NCBI GenBank assembly: GCA_964016885.1
Contig: OZ024742.1
Location: 13,144,001 to 13,208,000 of the forward strand
DNA: 64,000 nt
Direction: 5' to 3'
Source of the DNA: Eledone cirrhosa
Taxonomy: Eukaryota
Below the pieces are notes generated by a model. That model did not search any database. It was not told where the DNA came from and saw nothing but the letters and a program-made list of their open reading frames with translations. Of the stretch, positions 23,200-35,345 are shown piece after piece; the stretch's first letter is position 1, and each line of letters starts with the position of its first letter. Both the position numbers and the translations under genes were made by a program.

Positions 23200-23410
23200 C
23201 TGATGGTAGCTAAGATGCTTCCATAGGCGGTATGCAGGTTGAGCACTCTATGTTCTAACAGAGCAGAGTGTGATATAATATAAAACGAAAAATCAGTGAT
23301 GCATCTGAACTCAATTTATTGTGTTACAATTGTTTCGCCGGCAGACAGTTCGAGACACGATCATTGTGTGGATCTGTCTGATTCTATATCTATATATATA
23401 TAGAAATATT

Positions 23411-23700
23411 TTCTATATATATAAAGTTGTAGTTCCTGTCTGTTTGTTTGTTTGATTGTTCACGAACTCCTCCTACGGTTTTGGAGATAAAACCCCATAA
23501 CCACATATATTCTGAAACTACATTGCCCAGGGTACTTGGATAAGTATATTTCATTTTAATCAAAGGGTTCCCCGGGGGCACAAACCCCCGCTGAAAATGT
23601 TTTCCTTTCGATTTATATGAAATTTAAACCATAGGTAAATGACAAGATATGATGCCTATTCAGAAAATTACAGAATTTGAATTCGAAGTGTTACAATTTA
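23411..23700 (+). mobile_element. Possible non-autonomous Helitron-type 5' end
   Basis: Starts TCTATATATATAAAG followed by a short CTGT/TTGT microsatellite, a layout common in non-autonomous Helitrons. No convincing 3' hairpin/CTAG was found. Confidence 0.35.
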
Positions 23701-23719
23701 CCTCGTTTTCACTGACACA

Positions 23720-24085
23720 TGTTTCATTTTCCCTTCGCTGACTTTGTGCTAATAGCTTGATCTGATCAATTTCTATATCAGTTAGTAACTTTTTTTAAAC
23801 AATATATTGGCTAGTTTGTTACTGTCAATATAGCCTCTGTTCCCGGGATGTTTCTTTTTCCAGTTGATATATGTCTGTTCTGTATTCGATGTATTTGATG
23901 GGTAGTACATGGCAGTGTAGAAAGCCTCAAGGACTTCTTTATTATCTTCCCTTGACCATTTTTCTCTCTTTTTCTTTGGATTTCATGGAGGGCCAACATT
24001 AGGAGTATTCCGGTTATGGGAGGTCTCCAGCTCCGAAGTGATGGGAAGGTTTGAAGCATTAGCTGATTTTTCGACCCCAGTCTGG
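23720..24085 (-). mobile_element. R4/Dong-clade lineage D, N-terminal fragment
   Basis: Minus strand translates KWSREDNKEVLEAFYTAMYYPSN..YINWKKKHPGNRGYIDSNKLAN../KLLTDIEIDQIK. This is homologous to NWTKELNRTVMQCY..IWNEI..DEQKLAGQ..ISELELEEL of the 24195 ORF. Confidence 0.7.
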
Positions 24086-27000
24086 TTATTATTATTATTA
24101 TTATTATTATTGTTGTTATTCCTTGAATCTCAGTCATTGATGTTGGTTAACTGGAAAGTCCATTGGATTGAATATCAAGCCACTACCTGCAGCCTCAGAT
24201 ATTCAGGACGTATCGGAGGGTTCTTGCTGTTCCAAGCAAGCATGCCTTTTGAAGCGTTCCAAAAAGCGTGAAGGGGCCGATTTTCTTTAACCATCCCTGG
24301 AAACTTTTGGAGATAGTCCCCAGTGCGCCTATGACAATCGGGATCACTTTGACTTCATGGCAGTTCCAGATCCTTTTCACCTCCCACTTTAGGTCCTGGT
24401 ATCGGTTAATTTTCTCCCTCTCCTTCTCTTGCACTCTCGTGTCGAACGGGCAGGCCACATCCACAATCAGACACGATCTTTTTTCTTTGTCCACAACCAC
24501 CAGGTCAGGTCTATTGTGTTCCAGTTTTTTGTCCGTCTGTATCCTAAAATCCCACAGCACCTTCACCTGATTGTTCTCCATCACCGCCTCTGGCCTATGC
24601 TCATACCATTTCTCAGAATGTGGTAAATTGTTTACTTTGCACAGGTGCCAGTGGATCACCCTGCCCATCACATCGTGTCTCCAGCCCTTATAGTGGGTCT
24701 GGGCTAGGTGTTTACACTCGGACACAATGTGAGCCACAGTCTCCTCTCTCTCTCCACAGATCCTGCACAGTGGGCTAGCCTCCTCCTTGTAAATGTGATG
24801 CTTCAACCACTTCGTTTTGAGGGCCTGCTCCTGCGCAGCCATTAGCATTCCTTCTGTAGCCTTTTTGAGGTCTCCTCTTCTCAACCAGTTCCATGTCTGT
24901 GGATCTCTAAATTCAGTTTTCTCAAAGAAGGTACTATGAAGGGATTTTCCCTTAAGGCTGCTCTTCCTCCTTGATGTTATTTCCTCCTTGGACATCCCCT
25001 GGCCTACTGTCCCCTCCTTCAGTACAGTTCTGAGCATTGGCTCCTTACTATAGGTCACGTATTTGTATAGGTTGTTTTTCTCCATCTGAACACAGTCCTC
25101 TATGCTGATAAGACCTCTTCCACCCTCAGATCTCCTTAGGTAGAGTCTATCGACATCACTCCTCTTGTGGAACATGTTGTAGATAGTCAATAGCTTCCTA
25201 GTCTTCCTATCCATTTCTTTTTGTTCAGCAACATTCCATCTCAGAATTCCCGCACTGTACCTAATAATAGACACAGCTCGGGAATTTACTGCGCTTATGG
25301 CATTTCTGCTGTTCAGATGTGACTTCAATACGCTCCTTACTCTCCGAATGTATTCAGTTCTTAACAATTCCTTCATTTTTTTGTTCTTTATGCCATCAGC
25401 CTCCAGAACGCCCAAATACTTGTATCCTTCCTCAGAGTCAATTTCCTTTATCATCTCACCTGTTGGTATCTGGATCCCGTTACTTCTGCTCAACCTACCC
25501 CTCTTCATCACAATGACTCCACATTTACCAATACCAAACTGCATACATATATCACTGCTGAAAATACGGAGAGTGTCAACAAGCACATCCAACTCCTTCT
25601 CACTTTTCCCGAAGAGCTTAAGATCGTCCATGAAGAGGAGGTGATTGATGGTAAGCTCTCCCCTTCCCAACTTGTATCCTGCTCTCACTTTTCGCAGCAT
25701 AATGGTCAAGGGCATCAGGGCAAGGACAAACAACAGAGGGGACAGGCTATCTCCCTGGAAGATACCTCTCTTGATCTTCACGCTTCCCAAGGATACTCCA
25801 GTTGATGTCAACTCTGTCTCCCAGGACCCCATACTCCTGCCTAGCAACTGTCTGATGTTATCTGCCACCTTGAAGATCTCCAGGCTTTTGGTGATCCAGG
25901 AATGGGGCACCATGTCAAATGCCTTTCTGTAGTCTATCCATCCCATGGCAAGATCAGTGTGTCTCCTCCTGCAATTCCCCATTACCATCTTATCAATAAG
26001 CAACTGGTCCTTTGTACCACGTGACTTCTTTCGGCATCCTTTCTGTTCGTCCGGTAACAAGTTGTTTGTGTGGAGGTGATGGTAGATTTCCTCAGACACA
26101 ATGCTCGTCAACAGTTTCCACATTACGGACAGACATGTGATAGGTCTATAGTTGGTAACATCATTACCCTTGATTCGGTCTTTCATTATCAGAACTGTGG
26201 TACCTTTTGTCAACCACTCTGGCACCTCACCCGACACCAAGCAGTCATTGAACATGGCCGTCAGCTTCGGGTGGAGGGATGTTAAATGTTTAATCCAATA
26301 CCCCTGCACACCATCTGGGCCTGGTGATTTCCAGTTGGTTAGTTTTTTGGCCTGCCCCTTAAGAGTTTCAACTGTGATACTCAACTCAGTTTGTTGTTGT
26401 GCCTGCTCACCGATCTCCCTCTGTACTGTCTCAATCCACCCTGCCTGGGCATTGTGTCTAACATCCTGCTCCCATATTCCTCTCCAGAATGTTTTAGTTT
26501 GCTCCGCCCCAGGGATCAAGTCGTTGCCTCTTTCTTTCCCCTCAAGCTGTCCAAACAGCATCTTCTGGTTGTTGTCGAACATGCGATTCTGTTTATACTG
26601 ACTGACTCTGTTCTCGTATCGCCTGATTTTTGCACTCTTTGCTACAATGCGTTGCTTCAGTTCCTCTATGATAATATTTAGCTTTTTACTCCTAGTTTTG
26701 TATTTTATTTCCAGTCTATTTTTAGTGCCTATGTTTTTTAGTGTCCCATTCAGTAGTGACTCAAGCTTTCCTATGTCATTTCTCATTTCCCCGATTTGCC
26801 CACTCAGTCGCTTCTTCCACCACGGCTCTGCTCTTTCTTGTCTGTTGTTTCCTCTCGCTTTTATACCAAGTAGTTTCCTCACCGTATTTGCTGTTGCTTT
26901 AAGGATATTGTTGCACTGGTGAAGGCTCCTCGCCTCAAGGTATGGGATGACTTTGTTTACCTTAGCTGTTGTTTCTTTTAACTTTTTCCTGTCTACAAAT

Positions 27001-27750
27001 CTTAGGTTCATAGGTCTCCCACTATCATTGTTCAATTCATCTACCACTAAATTTAGGATGTCAACCGAATCTTGTCCTAGCCCGTCAGCATTCATCTCCT
27101 CAGTGGCCGTATCTCTGTTCCAGGTATTATTTATCTCAGTATTCAGATCATTGTCTGCTTCGGGTGGTTCCTCCGTTCTCAGGACCTCTTCACCTTCATT
27201 TCCCACTGGCTCGCTTGTCTGGCATACTACACCCGCCATCTCCAAGCCATTCTCTCTGCTCAGTTCCTCCAGTTCCAGCTCGCTTATCCATCCATTAGTT
27301 CTTATTACCCGAGCCTGCCCGGCCAATTTTTGTTCATCTAATTTAAATAAACCAATCTCGTTCCAGATGTTATGCATCCGTCTCCTGTAGCCCCTCTCCT
27401 TGGGGTTACTTTTCAGGTAACATTGCATAACAGTTCTATTCAATTCTTTCGTCCAGTTGGTTCTGGCCCCTTTCCTTCTTCTCCTTCCTCCAACATCAGC
27501 AGTATTTGGTTGACAGTCAGGTTCCTGCTGCTGAGCCAGGGGGCACCTGTTGGGTGAGAGTCTGTCACATGACGTTCTAGACTCCATTTCACCGTTATTC
27601 GAACTGTTTATGTTCGATATTTAAACACTCTTATCGAGGATTGGCAAATGTATGGTTACATATCCATCTGTGGATCCGCCATTCCACTTGGCCCTTGTGT
27701 GGCATTATCACCACGCTGTATACGAACACACATAAACAAACAAACACACA
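24086..27750 (-). mobile_element. R4/Dong-clade lineage C, apparently full-length, ending in (AAT)n; 5' boundary uncertain
   Basis: Single intact ORF, 74-nt 3' UTR beginning GGCTGCAGGTAGTGGCTTG, then (AAT)n at 24086-24120. Confidence 0.9.
24195..27587 (-). CDS. Intact 1130-aa R4/Dong-type polyprotein: N-terminal domain, reverse transcriptase, CCHC knuckle, restriction-like endonuclease
   Basis: ATG start and no internal stops. Motifs WKSPGPDG, NYRPITCL, EQKGC, DYRKAFDMVPH, GIFQGDSLSP, LFMDDLK, YKYLG, EGGRGL, CRICGEREETVAHIVSEC, RHD, RPDLVVVD..IVDVACP..EK..RY. Confidence 0.95.
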   Translation of the reverse strand: MESRTSCDRLSPNRCPLAQQQEPDCQPNTADVGGRRRRKGARTNWTKELNRTVMQCYLKSNPKERGYRRRMHNIWNEIGLFKLDEQKLAGQARVIRTNGWISELELEELSRENGLEMAGVVCQTSEPVGNEGEEVLRTEEPPEADNDLNTEINNTWNRDTATEEMNADGLGQDSVDILNLVVDELNNDSGRPMNLRFVDRKKLKETTAKVNKVIPYLEARSLHQCNNILKATANTVRKLLGIKARGNNRQERAEPWWKKRLSGQIGEMRNDIGKLESLLNGTLKNIGTKNRLEIKYKTRSKKLNIIIEELKQRIVAKSAKIRRYENRVSQYKQNRMFDNNQKMLFGQLEGKERGNDLIPGAEQTKTFWRGIWEQDVRHNAQAGWIETVQREIGEQAQQQTELSITVETLKGQAKKLTNWKSPGPDGVQGYWIKHLTSLHPKLTAMFNDCLVSGEVPEWLTKGTTVLIMKDRIKGNDVTNYRPITCLSVMWKLLTSIVSEEIYHHLHTNNLLPDEQKGCRKKSRGTKDQLLIDKMVMGNCRRRHTDLAMGWIDYRKAFDMVPHSWITKSLEIFKVADNIRQLLGRSMGSWETELTSTGVSLGSVKIKRGIFQGDSLSPLLFVLALMPLTIMLRKVRAGYKLGRGELTINHLLFMDDLKLFGKSEKELDVLVDTLRIFSSDICMQFGIGKCGVIVMKRGRLSRSNGIQIPTGEMIKEIDSEEGYKYLGVLEADGIKNKKMKELLRTEYIRRVRSVLKSHLNSRNAISAVNSRAVSIIRYSAGILRWNVAEQKEMDRKTRKLLTIYNMFHKRSDVDRLYLRRSEGGRGLISIEDCVQMEKNNLYKYVTYSKEPMLRTVLKEGTVGQGMSKEEITSRRKSSLKGKSLHSTFFEKTEFRDPQTWNWLRRGDLKKATEGMLMAAQEQALKTKWLKHHIYKEEASPLCRICGEREETVAHIVSECKHLAQTHYKGWRHDVMGRVIHWHLCKVNNLPHSEKWYEHRPEAVMENNQVKVLWDFRIQTDKKLEHNRPDLVVVDKEKRSCLIVDVACPFDTRVQEKEREKINRYQDLKWEVKRIWNCHEVKVIPIVIGALGTISKSFQGWLKKIGPFTLFGTLQKACLLGTARTLRYVLNI

Positions 27751-28656
27751 GGCAGAAAGGGCCCCAAAAATGAATAAGCATAAGTTTCATTGTAATGTAG
27801 TGTTCGAATGTCTGACTTAGTTTTTGTTTTTTAAGTTTTAGTTTTTCCCCCCTCTTCTCTGTCCGTCCGCCTGCTTCTCTCTTCATTCTTATTTTCTTTA
27901 CGTTTTGGGGTTTTTTTTTGTTTGTTTTTGTTTTTGTTTTTCTCTGTTTGTTTTTCTCGTTTTTTTGTTGTTGTTGCTGTGCTGCTTTGGTTTTGTTGTT
28001 TGTTTTTTCTTTTTTCTTTTGAGTCTATCTATATATTTTGATGCCTTCCTCTTTTTTAGCAGTAGGGATTCTATAATGTGGTGGCAGCAGCCAGCTAAAA
28101 GAAGAAGTGGGAGACTGGCGGCGGTAGCGATACTGAGACAGTGGTGGTGGTGATGTCGATACCGAGGCAGTGGTGGCGGTGATGTGACCGTATTACTGTA
28201 GTGATGGTGCTGTAGCGGTGGTAGCAGTGAAGGAGTGAAGGGGTGGTGGCGGCGGTGATGGGATAATGGTTGTAATGATGGCCGTAGTGAGCGGTGGTGG
28301 TTTAGTGTACACAGGTGATGGGGTGGGTGGTGTATCTAGTTTCTGGTGTTGGTGAGTTTGGCTGTTCTATATAGTGTAGACAGAGGAGGAGGGGGGGGGG
28401 GTCTTCTTCCATTTATAGCCATTTTCTTTTTTGGATATACAGTGTACAATACAAAGTTGAATATTTGAATATTTGAGCCTTATAACAATATATTTTGGGT
28501 CCGAATTTTTTGGGGCTCAAGCCGGGTGCTTTACGTAGCATTTGTACTAAGAGTTGTTATTTCACAAATGGTTTAAATATGTTAAAAATTCAAAACTTAC
28601 GGGAGCGATTTCATGACCTCCGTCACCTCGTGCGTCTTCTTCCCTTCTTCTTCTTC

Positions 28657-28694
<38 letters not shown>

Positions 28695-28906
28695 GGCGAC
28701 CTACGTAGTAAATCGTATCATCGTGAGCTCCGCAAAGGTGTTATTTTCAGTTGTTTAAAATTGCCATTCATGGACATTTTTTATTGTTAACTGTATATAA
28801 GTGCACATACATTGTTATCTGAAAAGGACACCCAAAAAGATTGGGGCCTTGAGCCCAAAATTTAAACTTTTATAATTATCAAACAAATATTTTTCTTTGA
28901 AAAATC

Positions 28907-30914
28907 ATGGATGACTCAGAGTCACTCCTTCCTCGCAAACTAACACCTCACACCGACACCACCATTGTAAATATTACTACGTTTGCCAACACTAAAAATA
29001 TAAGCAGTAGCAATATTTTAAATTTGTCTCAGGCAGACATTCATTTCCCGCCATTACCAATGACTACAGGTGTTAAAGCCGCCGCCACCACCACCACCGC
29101 GACAACCACCACCCCCACCACCACCGCGACAACCACCGCGACAACCACCACCCCCACCACCACCGCGACAACAGAAACAAAAGAAAAAATAAATTAACTC
29201 GTGATATCGAAATGGATTCACCAAAATGAACTCTTCCACACCGAACACCACTGACGCCACCACCACCACAACTGAAACTAAAATTAACAATAACAAAAAT
29301 AACGATAACAACAACAGCAACAATGAAATTAAGAAAACCACCCTGAGTTTTGCCAGAGTAGCAAAACAGTGCGAAGCATTTCAGGTAACTCAGGAGAAAT
29401 TAGAAGAAGCCAAAAAAATGGTAAAGAAAGATGGGTACAGGATCAGCCCCCCTCTCCCCCCATACCCACACCACCACCACCACCTAATAAAATGGAGCAT
29501 CGGCGCCTATGCACCGTGTCTTATCGAACAATTAATAGAAAATCGCGCCGAGTGGAACGGGCATCCGAGTCCCAAATCCAAAAAGCTTTGGGACATGTGT
29601 GGGCAAAAGAAACACACATCAGACGTGGGCAAAAATATGGAACCGTGGACGTGTTCTTTGAAACACCAGAGGAGGCTAGAGAACACTCCATGGCCCCATT
29701 AAGAAGTGACGACTTCACACTCGTCCCAAGCTATTGTGGCCAGAGACTCGTAAAGATCAGGGTGACCCACTTTCCACCGGCCATCGAAATTCCCTGGCTA
29801 ATAGCTGCCGTCCTCGCCGGCATCGAGATCAACACCAAGATAATCGAAATAGCGAAAGAAAAGCAGGAGAACTGGTCCGGATCAGGGATGGAACTCCTGA
29901 TCCAAGCGGACCAAAAAAGCATTGAGGAGATCCCAGAGGTAATAGACCTCACTGACGGCAGCCACCTCACCGTAATCGTCGAGGGCAGAAGGCCTAGGTG
30001 TGTCGTTTGTGGTGAATGCACCCACCGAAGGACTTTCTTCCCTCAGGCTAAAAGTTTGAGGCCACCTCTCTTACCCACCCCAGTGACTCAACCATCAACA
30101 CCACCAGCAGCAGAGATGGCAGCAACAACTGTAGCAGCAACAACAGAAGCAACTGTAACAGCAACAACCCCAGCAACAGTAGCAAAACCAACACCACTCC
30201 ACCCAACGCGCTAGAACTAGCACCAGCGCCTACACCATCCACCACGCCACAACCAAAACTAACGGCTGTGGAGGATTTTCCACTCCCCGGCCTATCACAA
30301 CTGGAGACAGATTGTGACGATGAGGAGTGGGAAACGGTATCAGGAAAAAAGAAAAAAAGAAACCAAAAAAGAAAAATTCTCTTCCCTCCCCCTCCAAAAA
30401 CAAAATACAGAGGGAAACAAATAAACTGTCAAAAAAAATAGTTAGGACAGATATGCCACCATCCACACCAGCATCACCAACCCCATCACCACAAACACCA
30501 ACACCATCACCATCATTAACACCAAAACCACCATCACCAACAACACAAAAGACACCAAAAAGCGAAACAGAAACAAACGCACAACAAACGCAAACAAAAC
30601 AAAACAACCAAAACGATACACACTACACAGCATTAAATTTTAACAACAACCAATTATTACACTACATCCAACACAACATCAGCATCACAGAAAAAGACTA
30701 CACAACAACCCAAAAGTTCACACCACCTCCACACATACAGATCACTCGCATCACACAGAAAACGTACACGACACTAAAACAAAAATTCCCCAAAGACATC
30801 GGAGACTTCCAACAAACACTCTCCAGGAGGATTTATAAGGACATCTTTCCGGAGGAGGCCACAAGCAGTGAAAAGGATGGAGAAACCATCCTTCCTCAAC
30901 GAGAAGTAAGGTAA
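28907..30914 (+). pseudogene. Tx1-like ORF1 (nucleic-acid-binding), frameshifted
   Basis: Fragments 28907..29197, 29226.., 29369..30214 and 30327..30914. SFARVA motif, RRM-like segment (GTVDVFFETPEEA..VKIRVTHFPP) and degenerate zinc knuckle EGRRPRCVVCGECTH. Confidence 0.72.
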
Positions 30915-30948
30915 GTGGTCTTTCCCATCTTTTCCACTCCATTTCAAC

Positions 30949-33867
30949 ATGACCTCACTCAGAATAGGCAGCATAAATGCGCGTGGCTTGGGGTCGTCAT
31001 GGAAGCAGGGCCACCTGCTCAACGACCTCACGTCGCTAAACATAGATGTAGTGGCCATCAGCGAGACCAGAATCTCCGAAGCACGGGCCTTCGCACCGAT
31101 CTTCGGCGGCTACGATGTGTACGCATCTCCCAGCCGTCCGGGATCGGGGGGAGGAGTTGCTGTGCTTTTTCGGAGAGGTTTGATCTCGCCATACGGGCCA
31201 TCTTCCTGGACCCAGAAGGAAAGTTGGTGGTGCTAGTCGTGACCAGCGGAGATGGGAAAGCTTTCAGGCTAGTGGCCGTCTATGCCCCGACAGGAGCAGA
31301 GCGGCCTGATTTCTTCCGGCGTCTGGAGACCTTTCTTGGAACGTCCCGCTCTTTAGTGTTAGTGGGCGACTGGAACGGGATCTTAGATGCACGCTGGGAC
31401 TGTGTGGGATCAGCGGATAGGGAGGAGGGTGCAAAAGCCTCACCAACCTGCTCAGGCGTTTTGAACTGTCTGACAGGTACCGATTGGATTTCCCGAATGT
31501 GCCAATCTGGACTTGGACAAATCGCATAGGGTCATCCAAATCATATCTAGATAGAGTATTTTGTAGGGAAATAGATAGGTCTAGCATAGGCTGTCCACAA
31601 TTCAAGATAGTCAGCTACACGGACCACAAATTCGTGATCTGTGTGCTTGACTTAGATAGGCTTCATAGACGAGGACCCGGCTACTGGAAGCTAAACGCGT
31701 CCTTACCAGCGCGCAAGGCATACAGAGACCGGATTAGCGAACTAGTTAAGCGGGCGTTGACGGGGGCCATCGTCAACAACAAGTGGTGGTTTGCTCTGAA
31801 AAGAGCAATTAGAATAGAGTCCATTAGGTTTAGTAAGGCTTTAGCAATAGAGAAAAATAGAGCAGAGGGAGAATTAGTTAGAAAATTAGACGAGGCGCTT
31901 AGCAAAGGCATCGCGACCGACGTACTTGCGGCGAAATTGGCCCTTGACCAATTCTTCAATGCAAAGCACGAAGGCTGCGTTATCAGAGCTAGGGTGCGTG
32001 CTCTCAGACACGAGGGGACGAAAGCCGTTCAATGGGCCCGAGTGGCGGAGGCGCGTCGTGCCAACAAAGCCACGATCCGGTCTTTGGTGGACCACGACGG
32101 GCGCATGCTACTCGATCCCGGGCATATGTGTGAAGCTTTTCAGCGACACTTAGCACAGCGGTTCGGGGGGCAGCGGCGGGCCGGATCGAGGGATGGACTT
32201 TAGTGTCTACCTCGACGGACTGCCGCGGATCTCGTCCACTGAAGCGGAGTATTGCGAATAGCCGATAACAGCCGCTGAAGTACGGGAGGCAATGACTGGC
32301 TGCACAAGGGGTAAATCGCCTGGTTTGGATGGTCTGCCCTATGAACTTTACGTACAGATGCCAGACTTGTTCGGAGGCCTCTTGGCGGACGTCTACTGCA
32401 ACTGGCAACAGAACGGGAGAATTCCCAGCTCTGTGAGCCGAGGAGCTGTGGCGTTGCTGAGAAAGGATCCGAACAAAGGGGATTACATAGATAATTTCAG
32501 GCCCATAACTCTTCTAAACACAGAGTTCAAGATTTTGGCCAAGGTGCTAGCAAAGAGGTTGGCGCTTGTCGTTGGTGGTCTGGTAGGAGAGGCGCAGACG
32601 TGCGCCATTCCCGACAGATCCATCCACGACAACCTCCACCTCATGCGATACATCGTAGAGAGAGTAGCTAGGGAACCTGGCACGGGTGGGTCCTTGATCA
32701 ATTTAGATCAGTCGAAAGCTTTCGATAGTTACGACGGTCAGGCGGTAGTAGATGACGGACGCGATGTACGCGTTAGCCACCTCCGCTCGACCTTTCAGGG
32801 ATAGCTTCCTCTCCGCCCATTTCTGGGTGAGAGAAGCCACCCTGCTCGTCACCTCGTCCCAGTTTTTGTCCGTCTGGAGGTCCGGACCGAACCAGACCCC
32901 TAGCAATTTAACCGGTCTGTCCGTCCAGCGCCCGACGACGCTGTTGGACGGCATGGACCTGCCTCTCCAGGTGCCGAGCTGCAGGCCCACCGACTTTTCC
33001 TGGTTGATCATTGCTCCTGTGACCGCTTCGTATTCTCTTAGTGTAGTTCCGATCGCCTCGATGTGTTTGGTGTTCGACACCACTACGGACACATCTTTCC
33101 CCAGCTCGTCTCCTTGACGGAGCTGCAGTCCTGGGTCAAGCGAAGACCGAGAGGGAGCACTTGGAGACTGGAATGTCTTCAGGCGCTCACAGCCCTCGAC
33201 CAATCGGGCAATGTGATCGGTGGAAACTCCACCTTGGCGTTCTATAGAGGATTAGTGGAGGGGGAGAGCGACGACGTACTTGGAGAAACTCTAGGCGTCG
33301 ACGAAAATCAACTAGCCAATCTCTTCGGAAGGACATTCGGGCCGGGGCCTATGGACAACTTCCAGAAATCCCTGGCCTGGCAGTGCTACCGAGGAGCTTT
33401 GCCAGTTCGGGATAAACTCTACAGACATGGAGGTGCCGTCAGCCGGGCATGTCCGAGATTCGCGCAGGGCGACGAAACCGTCCTGCACGCACTCGTCCAG
33501 TGTCCGAGCATTGCTGACTTGTGGGTTTATGTCGAACACCTGCTGTCACGTGTAGAACGGATCCAGCTATCAGCTGAGTCCATCGTGAGGATTGCCCCGC
33601 CCTCTTCCTTTAGCCGGGAAGGGCAGGCAGTTTTTATTTGTCTGGTGGCCATGACGAAAGAGATAGTATGGTGGACACGTTTGAAAGGGCTGAAGACGAG
33701 CACTTACCTCTTCGGTGATGCTCTGATTAACTTTTTTCCAATTTCATTTGAAAAGGAAAATCAGGGTAGAGAGGGAAGTGCTCTCATCCCAGCTTTTTGT
33801 TGAAAGATGGGTGAGAGAGGCAATAATGGCCCGAGTGAATGGGCCTACTCTGAGTATATGTCTGTAA
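30949..33867 (+). pseudogene. Tx1-like ORF2 (APE + RT + C-terminal CCHC), frameshifted, RT core deleted and inverted
   Basis: MTSLRIGSINARGL, AISETR, AVYAPT, GDWN, YLDRVF, TDH, GYWKLN, KSPGLDGLP, NFRPITLLN, DQSKAFD, then an inverted block, then CPRF..ETVLHALVQCP. Confidence 0.9.
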
Positions 33868-34129
33868 ATTGAAGGTGGAAAACTGGGAGAGGGTCACCGT
33901 GGCTTTTTTTAATGGGCTTTCTCCACGATGGCCCTCGGAAGTCTCCCCCTATTGGGGAATTTTTTCATTGTTCTATTATTACATCCTCTGGTTTTTGGGG
34001 TTTTTTACACGCAGAAATGCCCTTTTGTACCGTCCTGTATTGTCCTGTACTGTCCTTAATGTCTACTTTGTGTAAACCCTTGTGGTTAATAAAGAAAGCA
34101 TTATTATTATTTTTATTATTATTATTATT

Positions 34130-34262
34130 TTTATATTTTTATATTTTCATTGTTAAACGGGTCTTGCCATTGTGCACTTTTACTCGACCCTATTGTAAAC
34201 CCCTACTGTCCCTGTCTTTGTATTGTCCCCTACATGTCGGCTCTTGTGGATAATAAATGAAA
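34130..34262 (+). mobile_element. Second Tx1-like 3'-UTR fragment in tandem within the same (ATT)n tract
   Basis: TGTCC-rich UTR ending TCTTGTGGATAATAAATGAA followed by (ATT)n; the terminal motif matches 34078-34099. Confidence 0.65.
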
Positions 34263-34443
34263 TTATTATTATTATTATTTGCTGTTTTTATCTTGTTTCA
34301 GTTTTGTCTGTTCTAAAGACTAAATCCGATTATCGCAATCTCGTTTGGAGTCACATCATTTCAAATATTCTTATTCAGAAAAGTTTCATATTTTTCTCCT
34401 TATCTCTTTGTTTTAAACTGACTTAACACACAACATATTCTAA

Positions 34444-34444
<1 letters not shown>

Positions 34445-34495
<51 letters not shown>

Positions 34496-34645
34496 CTATC
34501 TCCAATTCTTATTTCTTTCTTTTGTTCTCTCTGTCTCTCTCTTCTCTCTCTCTCTTCTCTCTCTCTCTTCTCTCTCTTAAACTATCTCCAATTCTTATTT
34601 TTTCTTTTGTTCTCTCTCTCTTCTCTTCTCTCTCTATCTCCCTTG

Positions 34646-34676
<31 letters not shown>

Positions 34677-34860
34677 TCTCCCTCTCTCTCTCTATCTCTT
34701 CTCTCTATCTCTTCTCTCTATCTCGCTCTCTTGCTCTCTCTCTCTCTCTTAAACTATCTCCAATTATCATTTTTTCGTTCTCTCTCTATCTCTCTCTCGC
34801 TCTCTCTTTTCTCTCTCTCTCCCTCTCTCCCTCTATCTCTCTCTCTCTCTCTTTTTCTCT
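34445..34860. repeat. (CT)n tract with three copies of TTAAACTATCTCCAATT
   Basis: Motif at ~34491, ~34577 and ~34749. Confidence 0.9.
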
Positions 34861-35345
34861 CACTATTTACTCTTTTCTTTTTTATATTTTACACTACCAC
34901 TTTTGTTTTATATCCATACTTCACTTATTTTTCTCTTTTCTCTCTCTTTCTCATCCAGTGACCCTCTTTCTGATCTGAATTATTACTTTTACTCCCCTTT
35001 TATAAAGAATTTACATGTATTTCGTTCGGACACAAGAACAATCCATGCCAGAGAATCATATCAAGCACAGACATCTAATTAAGTCAATCATTTTTATGCC
35101 ATTGACTCTGTAAAGATGGTAAGCAGAGTGTAATGTGATGAATATGAAGAACACGAAGCTGGTGTAATGAAAATTAGTCTAACACGATAATGATTCGGTC
35201 ATCATCATAACTTAAAGGTGAACACCAATACAGATATATAATAAGGTCAATTAAAACGGGAATAATACAATTATTGTAGCGATATATCTGTCGCCTAAAC
35301 AGCTGAAGGTAATAATGGCAAAAATCATTTTTATATGTGTGCAAT

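Larger units (their letters stand above)
28695..34099 (+). mobile_element. Tx1/L1-like LINE, near full-length (ORF1 + ORF2), inactivated, with an internal inversion
   Basis: Begins directly after (TTA)n (28658-28694). Ends CCTTGTGGTTAATAAAGAAAGC followed by (ATT)n. ORF1 and ORF2 remnants are listed separately. Confidence 0.9.

Noticed and set aside
23805-23816. CTAGT as the 3' end of the Helitron-like element
   Set aside because: There is no preceding hairpin, and the bases belong to the KLAN codons of the R4 lineage D fragment.
27588-27780. HDV-like ribozyme in the 5' UTR of the intact R4 element
   Set aside because: A TCCTCG motif is present, but I could not build P1/P2/P3 pairings by eye. 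It needs a descriptor search.
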